The notes beneath the pieces were generated by a model. The model saw only the letters and a program-made list of their open reading frames with translations, was not told the origin of the DNA and searched no databases. The position numbers and the translations under genes were made by a program. This document shows, piece after piece, positions 24,903-36,775 of a stretch of DNA of 41,073 nucleotides (position 1 is the stretch's first letter; each line of letters starts with the position of its first letter). The DNA is from Octopus bimaculoides (lineage: Eukaryota): NCBI RefSeq assembly GCF_001194135.2, contig NC_068981.1:170174123-170215195 (forward strand), in the 5' to 3' direction.

Positions 24903-25470
24903 TAAAATTTTAGTACAAGGCCAGCAATTTCTAGGGAGTGAGAGAGTCGATTACATCGACCCCAGTGCTCTGCTGGTACTTTCTTTATCAATCCTGAAAG
25001 GTATGAACGGCAAAGTCGACCTCGGCTGAAATTTGAACTCTGAACGTAATGACAGATGTTAATCATTTTGCTAGGCGTGCTATCGATTGTTATTTCTTTA
25101 TTGCCCACAAAGGGCTAAACATAGTGGGGGCAAACAAGGACAGACAAGGGGATTAAGTCGATTACATCGACCCCAGTGCGTAACTGGTACTTAATTTATC
25201 GACCCCGAAAGGATGAAAGGCAAAGTCGACCTCGGCGGAATTTGAGCTCAGTACGTAATGGCAGACGAAATACCGCTAAACATTTCGCCCAGCGTGCTGT
25301 CGATTCTGCCAGCTGACCGCCCTAGTCTGAGCTTTAAATATGGGTTTCACTTTGTGGCACAAGGCCAGCAATTTCAAAGGAGTAGGTGAATCGATTACAT
25401 GAACTCCAGTGCCTCAACTTGTACTATTTACATTGAGCCCGTAAGGCTGAATAGTAACGTCGACATCGGA
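24903..25470 (-). mobile_element. Three consecutive minus-strand SINE family B copies (~24903-25087, 25088-25322 well preserved, ~25340-25470)
   Basis: Repeated gtcgattacat...gtac...gaaagg...aaagtcgacctcggc blocks; two alternative 3' tails. Confidence 0.85.
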
Positions 25471-25499
25471 ACACGTAATAGCATTAAAGCCCAGATTGA

Positions 25500-26467
25500 T
25501 GCTGTGAACTGGCAGAATCCTTAGAACGCCGGGTAATATGCTTACCGACATTTCGTCCGTCTCTACGTTGACTTCAAATGCCACCGGGTTCGACTTTGGT
25601 TTATATCCTTTCGAAGTACCAGCTGAGCACTGAGGTCGCTTACATCGACCTCAGTCTAACATCACCCGAAATTGCTGGCCTTGTGCGAAATTTGGAAACC
25701 AATATTATGAAGCGCTGAAAGGCAGCGAGATAGCAGCATCTTTAGCACGCGTTCTTAGCTCAATAAGATCTTTCAAAGACGGCGAGCTGGCAGAAACGTT
25801 AGCACGCCAGACGAAATGCTTAGCGGTATTTCGTCTACCGTTACGTTCTGAGTTCAAATTCCGCCAAGGTCGACTTGGCCTTTCATCCTTTCGGGGTCGA
25901 TAGATTAAGTACCAGTTACGCACTGCGGTCGATGTCATCGACTTCATCCCTTTGTCTGTCCTTGTTTGTCCCCTCTATGTTTAGCTCCTTGTGGGCAATA
26001 AATAAATAAGAAATAAGAATCTTTAGCACGCTGGGGGTAAAATACTTAGCAGCATTTTGTCCGTATTTACACTCTGATTTCAAATTCCGCCGGGATCGAC
26101 TTTGCCTTTCATCCCAATCGGGTTCCATAAAACAGGTACCTGTTGAGCCCTAGCGGTCGATGTCATCGACCTTAACCCCTCCCCACCCGATACGGCTAAT
26201 CTTGCGCCAAAACCTGAAACCAACATTATTATGTGCTCGAAGGTGGCAAGCTAGCAGCATTGTTAGCAAGCCGGACAATGTTAACAATGCTTAGCGGCAT
26301 TTCGCCTGTCTTTACGTTCAGAGTTCAAATTCCATCGAGGTCGACTTTGCTTTCATCCTTTCTCGGTCGTTTTAATAAGTATCAGATAAGTACTATTGTG
26401 ATGTGATCGACTTTACTCACTCACCCAAAACTGCTAGGCTTGTACCAAAATTTGAGATGAACATTAT
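25500..26467 (+). mobile_element. Four to five consecutive plus-strand SINE family B copies (~25500-25708, 25718-25750 plus 26019-26231, 25780-26018 well preserved, ~26240-26467)
   Basis: Each has a tggcagaa.c.ttagcacgc-like head, a ttcaaat(t)cc B box and a gtcgactttgcctttcatcc-like core. Confidence 0.85.
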
Positions 26468-26877
26468 CAAGTGCTCGATAAACGGTCATGATATCAAGGA
26501 TATTTAGTGCCTCGGTTAAATATAGTTTCTGCTTATTTATCCTTCTATCAGTCTAACATGAACATCCAGTCTTACCCTACCACCCCTCTCTTCCTATTAA
26601 TCGTTCTCCCTCCCTAACACACAACCACACACACACAGACACAACGTCATACTCACACACATACGTAAATGTCACGTTACCTGTTCCCCTCGTAATCATA
26701 AGTAGCATATACTTAACGGTATATGGTAGTATGAAACTTCGTTAGAAAGCCCAATTTTTTGCTTTGGTTATTTTTCTAGCTTATTGCTTGAACATCTGCG
26801 ACTAAAGACATCCATCATATCTACACTGAATTCAATTGAATTTCAGTGCGAATTGATTCATTCAGGGTTTCCTCAGA

Positions 26878-26878
26878 T

Positions 26879-26925
<47 letters not shown>

Positions 26926-27815
26926 CTATATACATACATGCATACATATATATATATATATGTNNNNNNNNNNNNNNNNNNNNNNNNNNNNNNNNNNNNN
27001 NNNNNNNNNNNNNNNNNNNNNNNNNNNNNNNNNNNNNNNNNNNNNNNNNNNNNNNNNNNNNNNNNNNNNNNNNNNNNNNNNNNNNNNNNNNNNNNNNNNN
27101 NNNNNNNNNNNNNNNNNNNNNNNNNNNNNNNNNNNNNNNNNNNNNNNNNNNNNNNNNNNNNNNNNNNNNNNNNNNNNNNNNNNNNNNNNNNNNNNNNNNN
27201 NNNNNNNNNNNNNNNNNNNNNNNNNNNNNNNNNNNNNNNNNNNNNNNNNNNNNNNNNNNNNNNNNNNNNNNNNNNNNNNNNNNNNNNNNNNNNNNNNNNN
27301 NNNNNNNNNNNNNNNNNNNNNNNNNNNNNNNNNNNNNNNNNNNNNNNNNNNNNNNNNNNNNNNNNNNNNNNNNNNNNNNNNNNNNNNNNNNNNNNNNNNN
27401 NNNNNNNNNNNNNNNNNNNNNNNNNNNNNNNNNNNNNNNNNNNNNNNNNNNNNNNNNNNNNNNNNNNNNNNNNNNNNNNNNNNNNNNNNNNNNNNNNNNN
27501 NNNNNNNNNNNNNNNNNNNNNNNNNNNNNNNNNNNNNNNNNNNNNNNNNNNNNNNNNNNNNNNNNNNNNNNNNNNNNNNNNNNNNNNNNAAACATAAACA
27601 CATACATACATACATACATGCGTACATACATACATACATACATACGTACACACATACATACGTGCATACATACACACACACATACATACATACACACATA
27701 CATACATACATACGTACATACATACATACAAACATACATACATACATACATACATACATACGTACATACATACATACATACATATGTACATGCATACACG
27801 CATACATACATGCGC
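26878..27815. repeat. (TCTA)n/(TA)n and (TACA)n arrays flanking a gap
   Basis: Read directly from the sequence. Confidence 0.93.
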
Positions 27816-28328
27816 AGACATACGTGAATACCTTTTTCATGTTCTTCCAATGCATTTCCCCTTGTACAGCCATTCTTTATTTTAAGTGAAATACAAACGC
27901 ATGCTCGTGAAAACAATGCATGATAATCATTTTGGGAATGCCTACTGCAAAACGTCTGCTTGCTTGCAGCGGCTGCTTCTGCACTATCCGCTGCTGTTGC
28001 TGCTGTGTGATACTACTGCTTGTCTTTCGTGTTAGCGAAGTGGAAGCTGCTGTTTCTGCTGCTTCTGCTTCTGTTGCTGCTGTTGTTGTTGTTGGTGGTG
28101 GTGTTGTTGCTATTTCTTGGCTGCGAGAATCATCAGGCATTATCGATGTCTTGAATAATGGAGTTTCCAAAACCTGAGCTGCTATCACCGTCGACGCTAT
28201 CATGCATACATAACCCGCCATCATTATCAGTGTATATATATCTATTGCTAAGACCGACGTCAGCAACGCTACCATTGCCGCCGCCGCCGCCGTCTCCGCC
28301 ATCGCGACCATCGTCATCATCAACACCG

Positions 28329-28377
<49 letters not shown>

Positions 28378-28521
28378 TATCATCGTCATCGTCATCATCG
28401 TCATCATCAACATCATCATCATCGTCATCATCGTCATCAACATCATCATCATCATCCTCAACATCATCATCATCATCGTCATCATCATCGTCGTCCTCAT
28501 CGTCGTCATCGTTATCATCAT

Positions 28522-28565
<44 letters not shown>

Positions 28566-28954
28566 CCTTCATCGTTATCTCTACAAATAAGACCTATACC
28601 GCTGTACCTCACCATTCCTGTTAAAGACCGCCATTAGTAATCACCATCGGCATCATCCTACACCTCCCACCTACCCTCTCATGCTAGAACCGCTATCAGT
28701 ATCCGAAATACCACCAACACCACCACCACCACCACCACTATCGCCGCCGCCGCTGCTACCTCCACCATTACCACCATCACCGCCGCGATCGGCGCCACCG
28801 CCAGAATCACCAGCCCCCATTATCAATACCACGTCCGCTCTCATGACTACCGTTTCCCATCGCTCACCCTTCCATTACTATTGTAGGCCCCGTCACCAAC
28901 GTAGTTTCAACCGATACATAAGCAACCACCACCACCGCCACCACAGCCAACACT

Positions 28955-29022
<68 letters not shown>

Positions 29023-29105
29023 TACTACTACTACTACTGTCAGTAGCCTCATCATTTTCTATTCCACTACCACTAGCACCAACACAACCACCACCACAAC
29101 CACCT

Positions 29106-29172
<67 letters not shown>

Positions 29173-30145
29173 CGCTGCCGCCAACAGCAGCAGCACCACT
29201 ACCATCACTATCACCACCACCGCCACAATCATCACTTCTAACGTCTCTGCCGCCACAACTATCAACACCACCAATACCACCTTTGCTACTATAACCAATA
29301 CTACCATCTCCCCCTACCGCCATCACCATTACACCATGGAAGCCCCCAACGCCTTCCTCATTATTACAGCCACCGATGCCACTACCACAACCGCCACTGT
29401 AACCACCACAACTGCCAACACCAACACCACTAGAACATCCACCACTCCCAGCAACACACCTCTATCACTACCACCACCACCAACACCACCGCCGCCTCCG
29501 CAGCTATTACTTACAGTCACCTGTAATGTCACCACCGACACCTCGAGTATTACCACTACACGACAACCACCAGCGTCTAACTCCAACACCACCAGCTACA
29601 ACAACGCTACCACCACCACCAACAACAAGAACAGCAACAACAATAACACTACCAGCACCAACTCCACCGCCATCAACAGCACCAACCCCAACGCCGTCGC
29701 TACCACAACCACCAATATCACCACTACCTCCAGCAACACCAACAACAACAACAGCACCATCACCGACACCACCACCACTTCATACACCACCACCACCACC
29801 ACCACCGCCACCACCACCATGGTCAAAGACTTCAACAGCTGCTCTGGAACTTGTACCACCATTATTAAGACTTGCGTCACCGGTGTGACAGCTATGAACA
29901 CCACAACAATTAACATCACTATTATCTCCAACACCAACGTCACAACCCACTCCTGTCCATGAGCCGTGTCTCGAGCCATCACCGCTACCATTGACTACAA
30001 TCATCATCAACATCACCATCAGCATCGTCATCATCAGCAGCACAGTCTTATCACCACCGCAGCAGCTACCATTTCCTTTATCACTACATCTACCAACTCC
30101 ACTTTGTCTAGAACCATCACCATCGTCACCAATAAGCGTACCTAA

Positions 30146-31200
30146 TGTCGAGTGAGCCTCTCTAAGTGGTCACACATCCTGCTAGAAACAACAGCCAAAT
30201 GTTCCTACAAATCTTTCCATACATTATAGGCGCAGGAGTGGCTGCGTGGTAAGTAGCTTGCTTACCAACAACATGGTTCTGGGTTCAGTCCCACTGCATG
30301 GCACCTTGGGCAAGTGTCTTCAACTATGGCCTCGGGCCGACCAAAGCCTTGAGTGGATTTGGTAGACTGAAACTGAAAGAAGTCCGTCGTATATATCTAT
30401 GTGTGTGTGTGTGTGTGTGTACGTATATATATATATATATATATATATNNNNNNNNNNNNNNNNNNNNNNNNNNNNNNNNNNNNNNNNNNNNNNNNNNNN
30501 NNNNNNNNNNNNNNNNNNNNNNNNNNNNNNNNNNNNNNNNNNNNNNNNNNNNNNNNNNNNNNNNNNNNNNNNNNNNNNNNNNNNNNNNNNNNNNNNNNNN
30601 NNNNNNNNNNNNNNNNNNNNNNNNNNNNNNNNNNNNNNNNNNNNNNNNNNNNNNNNNNNNNNNNNNNNNNNNNNNNNNNNNNNNNNNNNNNNNNNNNNNN
30701 NNNNNNNNNNNNNNNNNNNNNNNNNNNNNNNNNNNNNNNNNNNNNNNNNNNNNNNNNNNNNNNNNNNNNNNNNNNNNNNNNNNNNNNNNNNNNNNNNNNN
30801 NNNNNNNNNNNNNNNNNNNNNNNNNNNNNNNNNNNNNNNNNNNNNNNNNNNNNNNNNNNNNNNNNNNNNNNNNNNNNNNNNNNNNNNNNNNNNNNNNNNN
30901 NNNNNNNNNNNNNNNNGCTTCCAAAGAATAAGTCCTGGGGTCGATGTGCTCGACCAAAAGGTGGTGCTCCAGCATGGCCGCAGTCAAATGACTGAAACAA
31001 GTAAAAGAGAGTAAAAGAGTATCCTATTTTAGAAAATGTCTCACTGGGTAATGTGCCCGTGTGGTCCTTGCGACATAAAATAAAAAGAAAGAAGAAAATA
31101 CAGGGAGGTCCTGATTGGAATGCCCTTGGTCCAAAATTTGTCCGATCAGGGTGAACCTGGGGGGGTTAAACGAAAACAGCAGTAAAACAAGCAACAATTA
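30146..31200 (+). mobile_element. Family D copy split by a family A SINE insertion
   Basis: gctagaaacaacagccaaat at 30181; 3' part ggaatgcccttgg...gatcagggtgaacctgg...ttaaac followed by CAA-rich tail at 31105-31200. Confidence 0.65.
30226..31020 (+). mobile_element. SINE family A whose internal TG/TA microsatellite spans an assembly gap
   Basis: Head ataggcgcaggagtggctgcgtggtaag, B box gggttcagtccc, tail gtaaaagagagtaaaagag. Confidence 0.9.
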
Positions 31201-31379
31201 CAATAACAGCAGCAGTAGCTGCAACAACAACAACACCAACAACAAAACCATCAACAACAGTAAGTACCATCTGTATGACCAGAAGCAACACCATGTCGTC
31301 ACATAAACACTGTCACCATCACTGCAAATTCCTCCCCACCCTCCTTCCGTATTGTCTTGAAAGTTCACCTTCGAGGCAT

Positions 31380-31605
31380 AGATGGGTTCTGAATATAACC
31401 GTTTGCTTTGCTAGAAACAGCAGCCAGATAGATTTTCCCTGAAATCAGAAAGAGAAACGTACTCTTAGGGCAATGTGGCGTCTTAAATTCCTCTCACATA
31501 CAAGAGGAAAAAAGACGAGTTGGTCATAACTGGAATGCCTTTGGTCATAGATCTCTCAATCAGAGATAAACCCGAGGCTAAATATTCAACAACAAACAAA
31601 TAAAC
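31380..31605 (+). mobile_element. Dispersed repeat family D copy
   Basis: gctagaaacagcagcca (31410), tggtcataactggaatgcctttggtcataga (~31520), caacaac tail. Confidence 0.7.
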
Positions 31606-31725
31606 CGGCCACCACCACCACCATCAGCTTAATTCCACCTCCACCGCCACCATTACCACCATCTACCTTCATGTCCAGCTGTCCAGCCAGAGCCATCACT
31701 CTATTCCCACCGTCGTCATCATCAT

Positions 31726-31756
<31 letters not shown>

Positions 31757-31829
31757 GTCGTCGTCGTCGTCGTCGTCATTATCATCATCACCACTATCAT
31801 TATTATTATCAATGAGCCGACGGGTGAGT

Positions 31830-32025
31830 CTTAGAGGTGGTACCATAACCTGCTAGAAATAGAGACCAAATTTCCCTAACATTACATTACTACCTTGTAA
31901 ACCCTGGCTTTTCACAGTAAATAAATTTCTAAAAGGCGAGATGGTCATGGCTAGAATGTCCTATGTTCCTAAGGGCTACTCAATCAGTGTTGATCCTAGG
32001 GTTAAACAGCAACAATAACAACAAC
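31830..32025 (+). mobile_element. Dispersed repeat family D copy
   Basis: gctagaaatagagaccaaatttccc (31852), gatggtcatggctagaatg (31940), gggttaaacagcaacaataacaacaac tail. Confidence 0.7.
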
Positions 32026-32479
32026 GCAATCTCCAGATCTATCAGCACCGCCATCGTCGGCAGCGTCATCATCATTATCGACGTCGTCGCCGTCGTCGTC
32101 GCCGTCGTCGTCGTCATCATTATAGTCTTCAACACATAAGCAACCAGCACTTCCACCACATTCGCACTTACCATATGTACCACGACCACCACTACCACGT
32201 CCGCCATATCTCGGAAAGGTCATTAACATCTTCATGGCCACCACGACCGCTACAACTACCACCTCCACGCACCATCATACAAAGACTTGTATCCACTACA
32301 AATACACAATCTCCGCTCTACTCATCATTACTACCACCACCACCACAACCACCACCACTTCCACCACCACCACCACCACCACTTCCACCACCACCACCAC
32401 CACCACCACAGTCATCATCATCACCGTCATCACCACCATCATCTACAACGTCATCATCGAAATCAGTCTCTTCCTGCGG

Positions 32480-32735
32480 CTTTGTTGCTTAGTCCCGGAT
32501 GGAGCAAACTTATGATCAGAACCATTCCAGTCGTGGCCACCATTCCAGTTGTGGCCACCATTCCAGTCGTGGCTACCATTCCAGTCGTGGCCACCATTCC
32601 AGACGTGGCCACCATTCCATCTGCAATCCCATGTGCATAAAAGCCGGCATGAAACTACATCATCCAAAGCGTCCTTGTTTGTAAGATGGCGTGGTGTGTG
32701 ATTTAGAGGCGGTCTCGTTGCTGTTTCTAGCTGAT
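32480..32735 (-). mobile_element. Family D copy in reverse orientation containing an amplified 18-bp unit
   Basis: Reverse complement reads gctagaaacagcaacg...aaatcacac...ttggatgatgtag...(tggtggccacgactggaa)n...tgatcataagtttgctc...ctaagcaacaa. Confidence 0.7.
32521..32619. repeat. 18-bp minisatellite accattccagtcgtggcc, about 5.5 units
   Basis: Units start at 32521, 32539, 32557, 32575, 32593 and 32611 (partial). Confidence 0.95.
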
Positions 32736-33229
32736 GCAACTAGTAAACCAACTAGTTTTGTCTTTTCGTTGGCTCCTTCCCGCCAGATCGCCACCAACAC
32801 CCCATCGCTGCTGCTGCTGCTGCTACTGCTGCTGCTGCCTCTGCTGCGGTTACTGACACCGTCGTCATTTAGTCTCCCTGTACGTACATCACATCATCAT
32901 CGACAGTGTACGTCTTTATAAACAAAAACTCGAAGCGACCACCACACGTAACCATAGCTATACTAACCATCAGCAATACCTACCACNNNNNNNNNNNNNN
33001 NNNNNNNNNNNNNNNNNNNNNNNNNNNNNNNNNNNNNNNNNNNNNNNNNNNNNNNNNNNNNNNNNNNNNNNNNNNNNNNNNNNNNNNNNNNNNNNNCACC
33101 ACCACCACCACCACCACCACTACTACTACTACTACTACTTACAATATAACCACCGACATCACCACCACTACCACGACCCCCCCACCCAAATCAGAAATGT
33201 TACCTCACCATCTCTCTACTATTCTTTTC

Positions 33230-33670
33230 ATCATCATCATCATCATCATCGTCGTCGTCGTCATCATCGTCATCATCGTCATCATCGTCATCGTCGTCAT
33301 CATCGTCATCATCATCATCATCATCATCATCATCGTCGTCGTCATCATCGTCATCATCGTCATCATCGTCATCATCGTCATCGTCGTCATCATCATCATC
33401 AACATCATCGTCATCATCATCGTCGTCGTCATCATCGTCAACATCGTCATCATCGTCATCATCGTCATCGTCGTCATCATCGTCTTCAGCATCATCGTCA
33501 TCATCATCATCGTCGTCGTCATCATCGTCATCATCATCATCATCATCATCACTATCATCATCATCATCATCATCATCATCATCGTCGTCATCATCATCGT
33601 CGTCATCATCGTCGTCATCATCGTCGTCATCATCGTCGTCATCATCATCGTAGTCGTCGTTATCTGAATC
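33230..33670 (-). repeat. (GAT/GAC)n array, open as poly-Asp on the minus strand
   Basis: About 145 codons, almost all D, in ORF 33200-33865. A similar array lies at ~28300-28575. Confidence 0.9.
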
Positions 33671-33699
33671 GTCATCGGCGTATTGAATCAAACCAATGA

Positions 33700-33940
33700 G
33701 GGCGTGTCTATGTGTGGTCTCTGAAACTACTAGAAATAGCAACCAAATTTCCCTGAAATAATCTGAAAACAAAAAAGTTGAAATCATGTGTTCTTGTCTT
33801 TGGTAGCATAGCGGAATTTTAGGCAAAAGTAAGGGGTGGTGGTTACGGCTGGAATATGTGTTCATTAATATCTACTAGATCGGTCGGAATTGATCCAATG
33901 GTCAGGAGGGAGGAGGAAACAACAACAACAACAGCAACAA
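33700..33940 (+). mobile_element. Dispersed repeat family D copy
   Basis: ctagaaatagcaaccaaatttccctgaaat (33730), gtggttacggctggaat (33839), (CAA)n tail. Confidence 0.65.
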
Positions 33941-34088
33941 CAAAAACATCACAACAACTCTTGCAGTAGTCAATTCTATCATTATTGTAGCCACCACAAA
34001 CACCATCAGTTCGACTATCACGACCGCAACTGCTCGTATCATGACGACCACTATGACAAAGTACGTCACCCTTAACAACAATAAAATC

Positions 34089-34120
<32 letters not shown>

Positions 34121-34363
34121 CAACAACAATAACAACAGAAACAACAGCATGGGTGACCATCGTTTGTTCGCTGCATATACCAAAACAAACATCAGCGCCA
34201 ACAACAACGGCGCCGCAACCACATGATCAACCCGTGCCATTTTTAACGCCCAAACCACAAATACCAACAACTTTGCAACCACAATTAACACCCCCACACA
34301 CACACACCACCACCACCACCACCACACATACAAGCACACAATCGACACCACCACTACCACCAG

Positions 34364-34413
<50 letters not shown>

Positions 34414-34669
34414 TTACTGAAACCACCACCACCGCCGCCGCCATCGCTATCAAAACCACCAGCAGAGCCACGTTACAACTAACAACAACGTCCATGCTAT
34501 AACAATAGCTCAAACTGCAAAACTACTGCCAACACCATAAGCACCACCACCGCCGCTGCCGCCGCCACCTCCGGCACCACCACCACCAACAACAACATCA
34601 GAAACAACTACATCCGCCACCACTAAAACCGTCACTAACGTTACCATCACCAACCACTGTATCCTCAAC

Positions 34670-34835
34670 ATGGTCGTCTGCTTTGCTAGAAACATCAGGA
34701 AAATCTCATTCAAGTTACATCAAACCGTCTTCGATAAAAGAAAGACACGTTAGTTAATTGTCGTCGTAGAGGCGCAGTCAGAAAACATGAATTGATGGAA
34801 TGGTCACGGACGGAGCATCTTTGATGACAGCAGTA
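34670..34835 (+). mobile_element. Dispersed repeat family D copy
   Basis: ctttgctagaaac (34681), gatggaatggtcacggacggagcatctttgat (~34794). Confidence 0.6.
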
Positions 34836-34965
34836 CTGCCACCTCAACTTGCCTCAACCTCCAATACTCCTACCACTCCCTCCAGTAAGCAACACCAACA
34901 CTATCAACAATAACAACAACAAACTTAGTACTACTACTACTACTACTACTACTNNNNNNNNNNCC

Positions 34966-35035
<70 letters not shown>

Positions 35036-35257
35036 GCAATAGCACCAGTAGCGATAACAACAGCAACAGCAACAACTACGCAACCACTACCTGTACTACC
35101 GCCAGCAGTACATTATGAACTACAAGATTACTACTACCACCAAAACCATATCACCACAAGACTGTCACTCAAACAGTACTACTTCCGCAACAGCAACAGA
35201 ACTATCACCAATACCGGCTTCACTAACAACACCACCACCACCACGAACAACAACAAG

Positions 35258-35348
<91 letters not shown>

Positions 35349-35455
35349 GTGACTCTCCCAGCACATCAAGACTACTGGAGTGTCCACAACCACCACGATC
35401 ACCACCATTGCTAACAGCGACAGCAAAAACAACAACAATAGCGACAACAACAGCA

Positions 35456-35495
<40 letters not shown>

Positions 35496-35542
35496 GTACA
35501 ACTACTACTACTACTGCTACTACTACTGCTGCTGCTGCTACT

Positions 35543-35582
<40 letters not shown>

Positions 35583-35914
35583 GGCCGTGACTCTTCTAGC
35601 AAATCAAAACTACTGCCGTGACCACAACCGTTACCACTGCTGCTAACAACAACAACAAAAACAACAGCAAGCAAAAAACAACACCAGCAGCCCCAACACA
35701 TCCAGCTCCAAAACCACCACCACCACCACTAGCAACAATCACAACAACACCGCTGCCCGCCACCAAGATCACCAGCACCGTCTATATACCATTAATGAAT
35801 ATCGACACCAACACCACCACCAACAACATTTTCCCTCTTGGCCGTCAACATCGAACACGCAAACGTCTTAAGACAACTAAATCATTCATTCAGTTTTCAT
35901 TCATGCATTCATTT

Positions 35915-36330
35915 ATTGATTCGTTCGTTCGTTCGTTCGTTCGTTCGTTCATTTATTCTTTCTGTTTCTGTTTTCCTTCTGTTTTCCTTTCTGTGTTTCC
36001 TTCTACTAGTCTTCCTTCTTTTCTCCGTCCATCTCTCTCTCTCTCTCTCTCTCTCTGTGACTCTCTTTCTCCTTGTCTCCTTAATCTTAATCTAACTCCC
36101 CTTCCACTTCCTCTTCCTCTCATTTCTCTTTCTCATTCTCTCTTTCTTTCTCTTCTTGCTTTCTCTCTCTCTCTCTCATATACACACCTTGCTTACACTC
36201 ACGCACACAACCACTCAAAACACGCACATACACATATGCACATAGACACACATAGACACACATAGACACACATGCACACACATACACACATATAGACACA
36301 CATACACACACACGTACATACACCGCTCTA
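35915..36330. repeat. (TTCG)n, (CT)n and CA-rich simple repeats
   Basis: Read directly from the sequence. Confidence 0.85.
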
Positions 36331-36735
36331 AAATCCTATAGTTTCGTTTTGCTCTCACTCTTTCTGTCACACGCTATGTCTCTCCTTTCTCTGTCTTTTT
36401 GTCCGTCTTCCTCTGTCTCTTTGTCTCACTCTCGTTGCCATATGTTCGTATCACCTCTTCTAATATTAAACTACTTCCCTTTTCACGCCCCCCTTCATTG
36501 TCAGTGCATCTCTCTCTAAATCCCCACTCATATTGTCTTTATTTCATTCCAACACCATTCTACCCCTCCCCCTCTCTCTCACTCTTCCTCCTGCTCTATC
36601 TATCACGCTCTTCTTATACTATTTCTACCGCCCACCTCACTCTTCATTCTACCCCTCCTCCTCCTCCTTCTCCAACTAATACCATTTGTTGATGCCGATG
36701 CTGAAGATGCTCTCGTGTCACTACCACCACCACTG

Positions 36736-36775
<40 letters not shown>

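Larger units (their letters stand above)
28200..35830. repeat. Strand-polarised trinucleotide low-complexity domain (CAT/CGT, CAC, CTA, CAA, CCG, CTG on the plus strand)
   Basis: Read directly. The many poly-T/S/D/V/H/Y ORFs in all six frames are compositional. Confidence 0.9.

Noticed and set aside
29336-29962. 208-aa Thr/Asn-rich mucin-like ORF, plus neighbouring poly-S/P/T/H/V/Y ORFs between 27.9 and 35.8 kb
   Set aside because: The T-poor, C/A-rich plus strand rarely forms stop codons, overlapping ORFs exist in several frames, and there is no signal peptide or splice support.
32521-32619. Possible CRISPR-like array or Trp/His-rich repeat protein (WNGGHD)n
   Set aside because: Units are contiguous with no spacers, the context is eukaryotic, and the unit derives from a family D motif.
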